Part shown: piece by piece, positions 27,704 through 40,779 of the stretch
How positions within the stretch are numbered: the first letter of the stretch is position 1
Layout: every line of letters starts with the position of its first letter
From: the human T2T-CHM13v2.0 reference genome, Homo sapiens
Strand: one strand, 5' to 3'
DNA: 64,000 nucleotides
Assembly: GCF_009914755.1 (NCBI RefSeq)
Contig: NC_060925.1
Position numbers and translations under genes: made by a program
The notes under the pieces: generated by a model
What the model was told of the DNA's origin: nothing
The model's database searches: none
The model's input: only the letters and a program-made list of their open reading frames with translations

Positions 27704-28140
27704 TGTCAATAACTGCAAAGGGTGTGAGGTTTTACTCATGTGCTAACACACTAGCATGGCAAAGTTTGCTAGATGCTGGCAGAAGGCATGAGACTCCAGG
27801 GTCAGAAAAAGGATTTTTTTTTTTTGGCTAAGCAGACAGCATGTTTCATGTTTGTAAGTCTCATGGGGGCAATGCTGGGGTATGACTATGTGCATGACAC
27901 ACAGACAGTGGAGTTGTCTCAACTGAGAAACCATGACCTTTTGAAATCCCCAGTGTTATGAATTTGCTAGCAAACCTGCCCCATGTTTGCCCTGTAGAGA
28001 AACATTTTCTTTATTATACTGCTAGGAATGACAAATATGACCTCTTCCTCAGAGGGAGATACTATATCTACCTTCCAAAGTTGTTTGCTATACAGATGGA
28101 TTTGGAAGGAGAGCCTGTGAGAGTTTATGAAAACTGTCAC
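27704..28140 (-). mobile_element. ERVL LTR (MER54/MER73/MER74/MER88 group)
   Basis: tgtcaataactgcaaagggtgtgagg...gatgctggcagaaggcatgagactccagggtcaga resembles the antisense 3' end of this LTR group. Confidence 0.65.
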
Positions 28141-28397
28141 TAGAATAGAATTGTTTTATTATAATGGTAAAAATTGTTGTAGTACCTTTAAATGCATCCA
28201 GTGGAATCTAAAAGTCATCGTGATTTCACACCCTTCTCATCACTCCTTATTTTCATTGGACTCAAATTCCTAATTATATTACCATGAGAAAATTGTGGCA
28301 ATATACTTCTTATCCCTTATTAATTTCATATTATATGTTGTGTAATATTGTATAATTTAAATTTAATTATTTTTTATTGTACATAAGAATCTTACAT

Positions 28398-29500
28398 TTT
28401 TCTTTTTTAAATTTTATTTTTCCACAAGTTATTGGGGTACAGGTGGTATTTGGTTACATGAGTAAGTTCTTTAGTGGTGTTTGTGAGATTTTGGTGCACC
28501 CACACCCAAGCAGTATACACTGCACCATATTTGTAGTCTTTTATCCCTCGCCATCCTCCCAGTCTCGTCCCCAAGTCCCCAAAGTCCATTGTATCATTCT
28601 TATGCTTTTGTGTCCTCAAAGCTTAGCTCCCACATATCAGTGAGAACATACCATATTTGATTTTCCATTCCTGAGTTACTTCACTTAGAATAATTGTCAC
28701 CAATCTCACCCAGTTCGATGCAAATGCCATAAATTCATTCCTTTTTATGGCTACATAGTATTCCATCGTGTGTGTGTGTGTGTGTGTGTGTGTGTATCTT
28801 TATCCACTAGTTGATTGATAGGCATTTGGGTTGGTTCCATGATTTTGCAATTGTGAATTGTGCTGCTATACACATGAGTGTGCAAGTATCTTTTTCATGT
28901 AATGGCTTATTTTCCTCTGGGTAGATACCCAGTAGTGGGATTGCTAGATCAAATGGTAGTTCTACTTTTAGTACTTTAAGGAATTTCTACACTGTTTTCC
29001 ATAGTGGCTGTAGTAGTTTACATTCCCACCAGCAGTGTAGAAGTGTTCCATGTTCACTTCATCTACGCTAATACCTACTGTTTCTTGATTTTTTGATTAT
29101 GGCCATTCTTGCAGGAGTAGGATAGTATCACCATGTGGTTTTGATTTGCATTTCCTTGATCATTAGTGATGTTGAGCATTTTTTCATATGTTTGTTGGCT
29201 ATTTGTATACTTTCTTTTGAGAACTGTTTATTCATGTCCTTAGCTCACTTTTGGATGGGATTGTTTGTTTCTTTCTTACTGATTTGTTTGAGTTAGTTGT
29301 AGATTCTCGATATTGGTCCTTTGTCAGATGTGTAGATTGTGAAGATTTTCTACCACTCTTTGGGTTGTCTGTTTACTCTGCTGACTGTTCCTTTTGCCAT
29401 GCAAAGCTCTTTAGTTTATTTAGGTCTCAGCCATTTATCTTTGTTTTTATTGCATTTGCTTTTGGGTTCTTTGTCGAAATACTTGCCTAAGCCAATGTCT
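28398..29500 (-). mobile_element. L1PB1 3' end (~1.1 kb) with internal (GT)n
   Basis: Antisense L1PB1 3'UTR (ttccacaagttattggggtacaggtggtatttggttacatgagtaagttc) and ORF2 tail. Confidence 0.95.
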
Positions 29501-29714
29501 ACTTTGAGTTATCTTAAAATTATTATTGATATGCCATCAATCAAAATCATAAATAGCTTATAAAATATAGATAAATCATTATTTAACAGAAAGTATAATG
29601 TTACTTAAAATGTATCCTTTAATGAGATAGCTACTTTTGCTCCCAATGTATCTATTAATGAATATTACATATTGACAGAATAAATAGAGTTTCAGCAACA
29701 ATTTTTTGTCACCT

Positions 29715-31230
<1,516 letters not shown>

Positions 31231-31297
31231 GTATTTCTCAGCTTTCAGGTTTTGTGTGTTTTTCCTCAATTATTTCTGCTGCTCTGTGGTAGAGATT

Positions 31298-31459
31298 GTT
31301 TGTTTGTTTGTTTGTTTGTTTGTTTTGGAAACAGAGTCTCTTTCTGTCGCCCAGGCTGGAGTGCAAAGGCGCAATCTCAGCTCACTGAAACCTCCACCTC
31401 CCAGGTTCAAGTGATTCTCCTGCCTCAGCCTCCTGAATAGCTGGGATTACAGACGGGCT
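31298..31459 (-). mobile_element. 5'-truncated Alu (right arm) with (GTTT)n tail
   Basis: Antisense right arm. TSD tggtagagatt (31287-31297 / 31460-31470). Confidence 0.9.
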
Positions 31460-31507
31460 TGGTAGAGATTTTAATGTATTGTTGTGACTCATGTTTTTCA
31501 GGTCTAT

Positions 31508-32197
31508 TGTAAGCAAAACAAATAAAATTAAGAGAGTTCATTTTTCTTGTTGAAAATAAGGAAAGAAATTTTCCTTCTTTCATTTTTCTTAAAATATTTA
31601 CTTTAAAAAACTTCTAAGTATGTTCTGTCTTTGAAACATGTATATTTCCTTTTGAAAGTTAGCTAGGCTTTCTATCACTTTATGACCCAGAAATTTCTTT
31701 CTCAAGGACTTGAAGACCATCTCTTTTAAATGTAAACAATAAAGTAGATAATACCTCTATTTCCCAGTTTTTATGGAAAAGCAGAACCCTAACTTTGGTG
31801 ACTGATTTGCTCCAATTTGCAAAACGACCTCCTGTTTAAAGATATGAAAAGACACTTTCTCCTTTGGATAAAGCCAATTAGCTAAGACAAGTGGCCCTCC
31901 CAATTACCATACATTAGGATGAGCTATGTGTGATGAAAGGTTCTGTCAAGTCCTCTTATTTGAGAACCAGTTAATATTTATGTTTATAAGATGTATGTAG
32001 TGGGTTGTATCTCTTTAGCCTATAAAAGAGGGATATTTCTTTCTGTCTTTGCAATCTTTTAGTGGATTGCCTATGATGCACATCACATTCTGTTTTAATG
32101 CTTATTCAATAATGAGAATGTTGTCTTTCTCTACTACCTTGGTGGAGAGAATCTCTTGGTTGAAAGAAGATTTTGTTTTTATTTATACTTTCCTATC
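31508..32197 (+). mobile_element. ERV1-class solo LTR (MER90/MER34 group)
   Basis: TG...CA termini, tctcaaggacttgaagaccatctcttttaaatgtaa, TATA (cctataaaag), gattgcctatgatgcacatcacattctg...aatgcttattcaataat. Confidence 0.7.
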
Positions 32198-33183
32198 ATC
32201 CTGCTATGTATCCTATCTATTGTCATAGTTTTAATGTGTTTATGTTTGTGCATATATATGTATGTATTATATATCAGTTAATATATTCATCAATATTTCC
32301 ACTTGGTTCTTTTTATTATTCTTGTTGTATGTTGCTAATATTTTGATTCACATTTTTTAAAAAACAACCTAATTGTTAGTTATTTTTCTTCCTCTTCACA
32401 TAACTTTCCTCAGTGGAGAATTATTCCGTATGTTATTTAGTATGTTATATTTTTTAAGTATGTATGCTTTTTACATGTTTAGTTTTGGCATGTGAGTTTG
32501 TGTTCTCCTTGTGGAATCAGTTAATTTAGTAACAGTGATAGTCCTATAACAGGCTCTTATCCATAAATTTAAAGAGGAGTAGGGAATTAGCTTCAAGGTG
32601 GCAGGTTCCTGGTGTAATTCACCCGGAGAGGAAAGGGATAAGTGAAAATTCAAGAAGTAAAAGCTCTGGCCAGTGGAAGCATTTTAACATCAGCTTTTTA
32701 CTTCACTAAAGCTTTCGTACCACCTTGATATCCGGTGAACATCAATATCAACTGTTGTTGCTGATTTCTGCAGCAAAAGGGAGGCAATCATTGTTCTAAA
32801 ACAATGTGGGGAGTAAAAGCAAGATCTGATGCTTAAAACTCTTCGTCCAACATCGAGCGTTCTTCTTGATGCTCTCTGGTCTAGACCTACAGCCACATCT
32901 CCCATACTCACCCATCCTCCAGCATTTCTGTATCCTGTATTGTCTTCACTAGTTTCTTGAATCTCATTTCTTTTCTTGCCTCTATAATATCTTCAGGTTT
33001 GATTTGGAGTGAGAAAATCTGCTTTCCATGCTATATATCTCCTCCTGACATTAACTGGAAGTCTCATTTTCTGAAATTTCTAATATAATTTTGACACAGC
33101 CTTTTTTTTTTTAATACCGACGGAGAAAGAAATCCTGAGATGTGGCAAACATAGCAGATGACTGGAATATACTAAGTAATGTT

Positions 33184-33364
33184 GGCCGGGTGCAGTAGCT
33201 CATACGTGTAATCCCAGCTCTTAGGGAGGCAGAGGCGGGAGGATAGCTTGAGCCCAGGAGTTTGAGAACTGCCTGGGCAATATAGTGAGACCCTGTTTTC
33301 CACAAAAAGAAAAAAAAAAAAGCCAAAAATCTCAACCAACCAACCAAACAAACAAACAAATTTC
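33184..33364 (+). pseudogene. BCYRN1: BC200 RNA retropseudogene (monomeric Alu-derived)
   Basis: BC200-diagnostic positions cccagctcttagggagg, ggaggatagcttgagcccaggag, ctgcctgggcaatatagtgagaccctgttttccacaaaaag, then an A-rich tract. TSD ctaagtaatgt(t/c) at 33172-33183 / 33365-33376. Confidence 0.85.
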
Positions 33365-33864
33365 CTAAGTAATGTCTACATTAAAGGAGGCAGGGCTGTT
33401 TAGAAAGGAACAAAGATATTTGCAAGACAGAATATTAGCATCAGGTGAACAGGACAGAAGTAGAGAAATTCCACTGAATGGGAAGGTTAAGTAAATATAT
33501 ACGAAAATGCTAATATTCTTTATTTACATTTAACATGTTGGTTAAAATGTTCAACTTTTATATACAACAAATAGAAATATGAGTTAAAATTCACAATTTA
33601 CAAGTTTGATAATTCTCTGCTGTTACTAATAGTTATGAGATTTTGTAATGCCGTTATCCAGGAAACTCTATTTTCAAAGTATAATTTATCTTTAACTTTG
33701 ATTGAAAGAATATACATCTTTAAAACCAATGCTTTTGTTGCCATTTTGGTGGTACATATCTAAGCTGGTGCATACATATTTCGAAGCAGGTATACTTTAA
33801 TGATAAATAAAATATAAACATGGTGCAAATAGTTATGTTATTGAGCAAAGCATTCAACCAATGG

Positions 33865-34014
33865 TAAATGTATTATTATTGCGTTTCTAAACTCTTTTTT
33901 TTTTCATTTGTATAGCAGATTGCAGGGACAAAGCTATGCTAAATGTACTAACATTGCGTTTCTGCACTCATTTTTTTGTTATTCACATAGCAGATTGCAT
34001 GGAGAAAATTATTA
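33865..34014. repeat. Degenerate 75-bp tandem duplication
   Basis: Two copies of taaatgta....attgcgtttct..actc.ttttttt...atagcagattgca.gga.aaa. Confidence 0.8.
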
Positions 34015-34834
34015 ATATTTTATACTATGGCAAAATTTGAATGCTCATCTACTGATCTACTTGGTAAATTATTTCTGAAGATTGAAAATATTTGCATAGT
34101 TTTTCTGATGAATATTCCAAAAATTAAGGTTTAATAATAATGCTTAATTGACTAACAGAATTACAACTCTAAAATAATTGAGGAAATTGTGTTTTCTCGG
34201 CCATCTGCTCTCTTTACATTACCACAGTTAGGCATCTTTCTGTCTGCACCTCACACTCCACACAGCATTTAGGGCATGCACTGCATCTAAATTATCACCT
34301 AATTAGAGAATTAGCCTGAGGTTACATAGTATGAATCAAATGCTTCTCCCTTTGAAGATACTGCTGCCCCAGGAATTGAAAGCATAGATCCAATGGCATG
34401 TCATTTGTTTTTGGCAATGATTCCAGAGAAAGCTATATTGCCTTTGAGTCAATTAAAATAGCAGTAAATCTTTCAACTTCAAAAGATGCATCAGGTTGAA
34501 TTTATTAAAGAGACAGTTTGGGGTTTAAAAATTTACACGCAGTATAAACAATCACACTATCATTACGAAGAAATCTGTTATACAACAGCGACCAACCACA
34601 CAAATTTTAGTTTCTGTAATCTTTGTGTATCTAGGGACACTTGTATCTGAAGTGGTTTACATGTAAGTTTTTTACGATTTTAATTTTATTTTGTCATTTC
34701 TACAGTTAATTTTTAAAATTTGCCTTTAAAATAATTGATTTTTAAAAATTCTTAGGGCACCCTTGAACTTCCTTTCTTAAAACACATTGATATTCACAAC
34801 TGCCTGTACCAAAGCAAATGTATGCTATATAAAC

Positions 34835-35186
<352 letters not shown>

Positions 35187-35799
35187 TTATGGAAATCTCA
35201 AGTTGTGTTAGTTGCTTGACTTGTCTCTGAGTCTATCTGGGTTAACTTATAGTTTAACTTTAGCTTTCTGGCTTTTTGCATGTGGCTTCATGGGAAGAAT
35301 ATTCATGGTTTTTGCCCTTATAAAGGAAGAACTAAGAACCTCAGGTAGAGTTGAGTAATCTTAAGTAGTCTGCCTACTTTGTGAACTGTTTTGTGACCTG
35401 TGAGGGTCTCACTGAGGATCAGAAACACTGTCAATCATTAAGACAATTTTAAACATTTTACTAAATATTTTAAAATATATTTATCTTATTTTTCTGGAAG
35501 TTCCGAAAGATAAGCTGTTATATATAAAAATGGTTCAGCAATTCATGAATGCTCACAGAACTTTTATTTTCTTAAGCAAGCATTATAAATTTTGTCTGAC
35601 CTACTCTTCTGTAGGCATTCCTTCTGAGATTTAATGGATGTTTGAATATAATCTCTCATTTGTGGTTTCAAAGACAAGCTAGAGTTAGAAAATTTAGGAA
35701 TAGGCTGGGAACTTGAAAAAAATTTCCCCAGGGATTTAACAACAATGTTACATTCAAATAATGATCTGTTTAGAAATACTATATGTTAAGTTTTTAATG

Positions 35800-36418
35800 T
35801 CTATGCTTATTAATATTATCCTGAATGTATACTCATGGTTTTTGGAGCAAAGCATATTTTCATTCACTTAAAGCCAATAACCTTGCCGGTTAAAGCAATA
35901 ACCATGCCAGTTCCCCAAGTCCCAATATGCCCTTCTAGGGCAACACTGTGAGAGTAAGTTAAGAGGTCATTCACAGGCACCAGAGTGGCAAGAAGTACGG
36001 AAGCCCCAACTATATGAATCTAGGAGATCGTGTAGCAGTGGGTCAGTTGTCACATATTCCCTTTCAGAAATATACAGAGAAACATTTTGCTTCCTAATAA
36101 ATGTTTCTCTTGAGAACTAAAGGGAAAAGATCCTGGATTACTTCCCTTTGGAATGTAAATGTATGTTTTTAGGGGGAAGATTACACTAATGTCCCAAACT
36201 TTAAAACCCCCAGAATATCTGTATGGTCTTGTGTCTCATCCTCCTTGAAATGTAAACGCATACCTCTAGAGAAGTAAAACTTGATCTGGAGTTCTTTTTC
36301 TAGTCAGCATAATTTTACTTCCAAGGCTGTCTTTTAGTCTAGGTTCTAAGTTTCAGTAAAATTTTCACAGAAAGTCCTAACTGTGCAGAAAGATAAGAAT
36401 ACTTTTTCTAGTCTCACA
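35800..36418 (-). mobile_element. Probable old ERVL-type LTR
   Basis: Resembles the 27704-28140 element (cccaagtccc...gggcaacactg, agagaaacattt) and ends in ...tctcaca. Confidence 0.35.
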
Positions 36419-38603
36419 CTATACCTTTAGCTAATATAAATAGTACAATAGTACTGAAGAGAAAATACGTTGTCATATTGTTCACAAAAGTGGCAAAAAT
36501 TTGACAGAAGCAAATGGAAAACTCTTGATAAAAATATATCAAGTAAAACACATCCTTAAATTACTTATAAAATCAAATGCATACCCATTCCAGAGAGTTG
36601 CACTAATAAAAGATAATGTAATCTTTTATTTGATTGTTTCATTCCTAGAATAAAGTATTATTCTTCTAACTTTTAGGCAATTGATAAAATTATTTTCATA
36701 ATTATTTAAATATTTTATTTTTGGATGACAATATTAAAGAGACATATAATCTCATATTACTTAGTCTGGTTTATAAATGTTTTAGTACATTTGGTAATAG
36801 ATAAAACATCTTGTTGTTTAAGAAGAGAATATCCTACAACAAAAAATGAAGCCGTGAGGAATATTGTTCTTTGAAGAGTCTAAGAAGTAGCTAAAGGTCA
36901 CAACACGTATATCCTTGCGTTGCAAAGCAGTCTCTATATGAACAGAAGATTGACATTCCTCACCAAAGAAGAGGTCTTTGAAAAATAAATTTTCAAAAGT
37001 TTAAAAATGGAAAATATCAGTTGAAAAATAAATTTCAAAAACTAAAAAAAAAGTGAAATAGACAAAAAATACTCAGTTTGCATAACTTCAATATAATTTT
37101 TGTGTTTGTATCTAACATTATCCTAATAATTCAAATATATTGTCATACTCAGACATTTCATGAGATGCTTTTTTTGTATAATATCCAACCTTGAGGCAAT
37201 GAAGCTATCACAGTGGTATAAAAGAAAACAAATTGCATTTTTATTCTTCCTCAAAAAGTGTTAGAATAAATTTCATAAGGAGAGAATCATTTTTAAAACA
37301 TTTCTTATGTAGGCTAGTAAAGAACTTGTATACAAATGTACAAGGGGGAAAAACGAATCTTACACAAGATTGTTTATGATAGAAGCCAAATTTCAAATAG
37401 CATTATGTAATTGCATTTCTATTGTAGCTAGTATTGATTTATAGTCTTATTTTGGTAGAATAAAAAATTATACTAATGGGAAGATACAAATCAATATGAT
37501 ACTCTGTAAATAAGAGAGATAAAATACACCAGGGAGGATGATAGACACAGCTAAGTAGAAACAACTGTCTTTTCTTTTGACAATAATTTAGAAAGTAATT
37601 GATTAATTCTAACCAAGTGTGTGTTTGTGACGACCCCAGTCGAGACATCTTGCTCTTGCTGAATGTATGAATTTTGGTATTCGTGTATTTTTGTCAGAGT
37701 TGCATATTAACATACTGAAAAGTCAGCTTCTCAATCTCTTGTATATAATATTGCTGTAAATGTTAGTAAGCTAACTTGATTGCCTTTTTATGTTTTTAAT
37801 AGGTTAGCTTGAATAGCTTCATAATGTCAATAGTCATTTAGAAAATGATGTTACTTGGAGAGAATGGTGATCTCCCTTTCCCTACTGGCAACTACAGGCC
37901 AGACTTCCACAGCCAAGGTGATGAGGAGCTATGAGGCAATTAAACAATAAATGTGAAGTCAGCCTCCTCATTTTTACTCAGAATTGGACTAATTCCACCA
38001 AACAGATTGGACAAACACCTACTAACGCCAAAACTTGAGGCAATTATTCTAAAGAAAAGAGGATGTTCTAATAATCTGTACATGTACTTTAGACCACAGG
38101 CCAGAGGGAGAATTATCCAACAGCTTATGTGATGATACGTCCCTCTTTTGTTTGTAGTATATATGTAATTGCCTCAGTTGTTCCCTCACTTCATTTGTTC
38201 ACCAAAAAAAAATATACTTTGCTCAGATTGGTGATATAAATCCAAGTTAAATATCAAATGCTCCACAAAATAAACCAGTGTGCTATAGGTAGGTAATATA
38301 AACCCAAAATCATCACAAGATTTTCTACACTTAGCTAATAATCTATCCTTACTCTCATCTTTGCCTGCAAGAAATACTACTCTGTTTTCAAATGTTGTAA
38401 CCTCTGTACAATCTCCAAGACATTTTAATTTTACCCTGTCTTTTATCTGACAGAGTTACCTGCATATTTTCTTATATATCGTCACCTTATATTTTCAGAA
38501 AAATATTTGTACTTCAATAGAAATCTCTATGCATGCTCTGTAGCATGCTCCAGGTTACCTGAATCTGATTTTATGGAAACTATTTTATAAGTCCGTAAGT
38601 CAT

Positions 38604-38968
38604 AGACCCCCACTGCATACCTGAAACCACAGATAGCACTAAACCCTATACAGGTCTTTCTCAATTTGCTATGGGGTTACACCCTGATAAGTGCATCATA
38701 AATTGAAAATACTTTTAAGTCAACAATGCATTTAATAACTCGATAAACTTCTCATAATGTAAAAAAAAAAGTAGGTCAAACCATTGTAAGTCAGAGACCA
38801 TCTGTATATACTATGTTTTCTCAATCTAATAATCAAGGCTCCCAAGTGACTAAGTTGAAGGTAGCATATGAAGTATGGATATCCTGGATAAAGAGTTGAT
38901 TAATGTCCAGGGCCAGAGGAAGCAGGACAGCACAAGATTTTATCTTGCTGATCAGAATGGCAGAAAAT
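38604..38968. mobile_element. MER44 (Tigger7-derived) fragment, both ends lost, interrupted by a MER47-type element
   Basis: agacccccactgcatacctgaaaccacagatagcactaaaccctata | tatatactatgttttctcaatctaataa...aagtgactaa. Confidence 0.8.
38651..38804. mobile_element. MER47/Tigger5-derived short DNA transposon
   Basis: TA-flanked, caggtctttctcaatttgctatggggttacaccctgataa...ccattgtaagtcagagaccatctg. Confidence 0.8.
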
Positions 38969-40149
38969 ATCTCTTTTCTGTAGACAGAAGACAAGGTGGC
39001 AGTTCTAAAGAAAAGAGGGTGTTCTAATAATCTTTACATGTACTTTAGACCACACAAGGAGGTAATATATCATTATGTGCTTTTGGCTTCTCAGATATTC
39101 TATTAATTATAGCATTACAATAACATCCAAGTATATTTGATTAATATATAAAACTTTATTCAATAACTGTGGCAATATTTGCTTAGGAGAGTCAGGAACA
39201 AATGACTCTTGATTTCAATGTACTGATAGCATTTTAGACATTATTATCACATATCTGGAGTAATAATTATTCTCCATGCTATTTTTCCTTAGCTGCCCAT
39301 ATTTCTGAATTTTCCTAACTCTGATTCCCTATAATATAAAGCGTTTCTTTAGAATGTTGCACAAGGATGTTTGTGAAATACTACCTTTAGGAATAACAAA
39401 TGCCCATTCTCTCTTTCTTTCTATTTAATGGACTCTGTTCTGCCCCCGGGATACTGCTAAACGTAGGAGCAGGCAAATTGCTTCTTCTTCCTTTGGCTCA
39501 AATATTTTGGAAAAATGGAGAACCCTACAGAGCTCAATGGAAAAGTACCCATAGAATTGTGCAATTTTCTCATTTTTAGTTTTCTTTTTTTTAATGGATG
39601 TTTCAAGACTAAGATTTGTTGTGGACTTAAGTTTAAGGAGAAAGAATTTCAAAGAAAGTCAAAACACATGTGAAATGATAAATGTGATGTTTGTATCTTG
39701 TTAGTGAGCTCCTTGAAAGTGCTTGCTGCTTTGAGGTAGAGTAAAGAATATTGGGTAAATAATAATTCCTGCAGAGTGAAAGTTGTTCATAGAGAGAAAT
39801 CTTGCAGAGATGCTTAGAAAATCTACATCACAAGAAATCCTTTTCAGCAGAAGAGTCTTCCTCTGAACTTGCACATAGGTCAGAAAGACTTAAAATGCTT
39901 CTTTATTGATAATGGCAGAAGTTTAAATAAGTTTCAGGTGATGTCTATACAAATCTATAAATTGAATCATAATTCAAAGCTCCAATTTGATCTAGTAATC
40001 CTACTTAGAGAACAGACAACACTTCTGATGTGATAAATCAAAATAGAATACAAAGTTGACACAGTTTTCTGGTGAAATACTGGATTTTTCTCAATGTGTT
40101 ATTATGTATACACAGGTAAAAACAAAACAAAACTGGATTTTACCAAAAT

Positions 40150-40760
40150 TGTTAGTTTGGCAAAGATATATTACAAATCTACTATGTGTAGGCATGATTC
40201 TAGGTTCTAGAAATCCAATATTAACTAACATGATATCTGCTTATATTGAGTTTTCTTTTATTGGAGTAGGCAGATTATAAATATATAAACATATGAATAA
40301 ATAGATGAATTTCTTATGAAGATAATAAATTTGCAAAGAGTGTAAATGTTACCAATAAAATGAGATAAGATAATAGTAGGAAAGGAATGGTTATATTAAT
40401 TGAGGCATGGAGGCTATTTTGACTAGGATGGCAAGACATCTCTGACAGAATGGGTGAGTATTGAAGAACTCTTAATAATGGGAAGGATTTTTTTTTTTTT
40501 TTGAGACAGAGTTTCACTTTTGTTGCCCAGGCTGGAGTGCAATGGCGTGATCTCAGGGGAAGAAGCACTCAGGCAGAGGGAATAAGATATGCAAAGATTT
40601 TAAGAATGGAATGACTTTCCATTTTTTGGATATGGAAATAAGAAACCAGGGTGACTTGAACGTAATGGATATTGAAAAAGGAAGAAGTAGATTATAAGGA
40701 CAAATAATTATTTTTTTTTTCAGCTGAAGGGCCAAATTGCAGGACAAGGATATGAAATTA
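40150..40760 (-). mobile_element. L2 3' fragment carrying a ~70-bp Alu 3' remnant (40487-40556)
   Basis: ctactatgtgtaggcatgattctagg, actcaggcagagggaataag...tgcaaaga. Poly-T plus gagacagagtttcacttttgttgcccaggctggagtgcaatggcg. Confidence 0.7.
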
Positions 40761-40779
40761 AGGAAATGGATCTAAAATA

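Noticed and set aside
32480-33065. 73-aa ORF at 32690-32911 in a more GC-rich patch
   Set aside because: No recognisable protein similarity. The region ends in ttaactggaagtc and looks like a decayed antisense L1M/HAL1 5' end.
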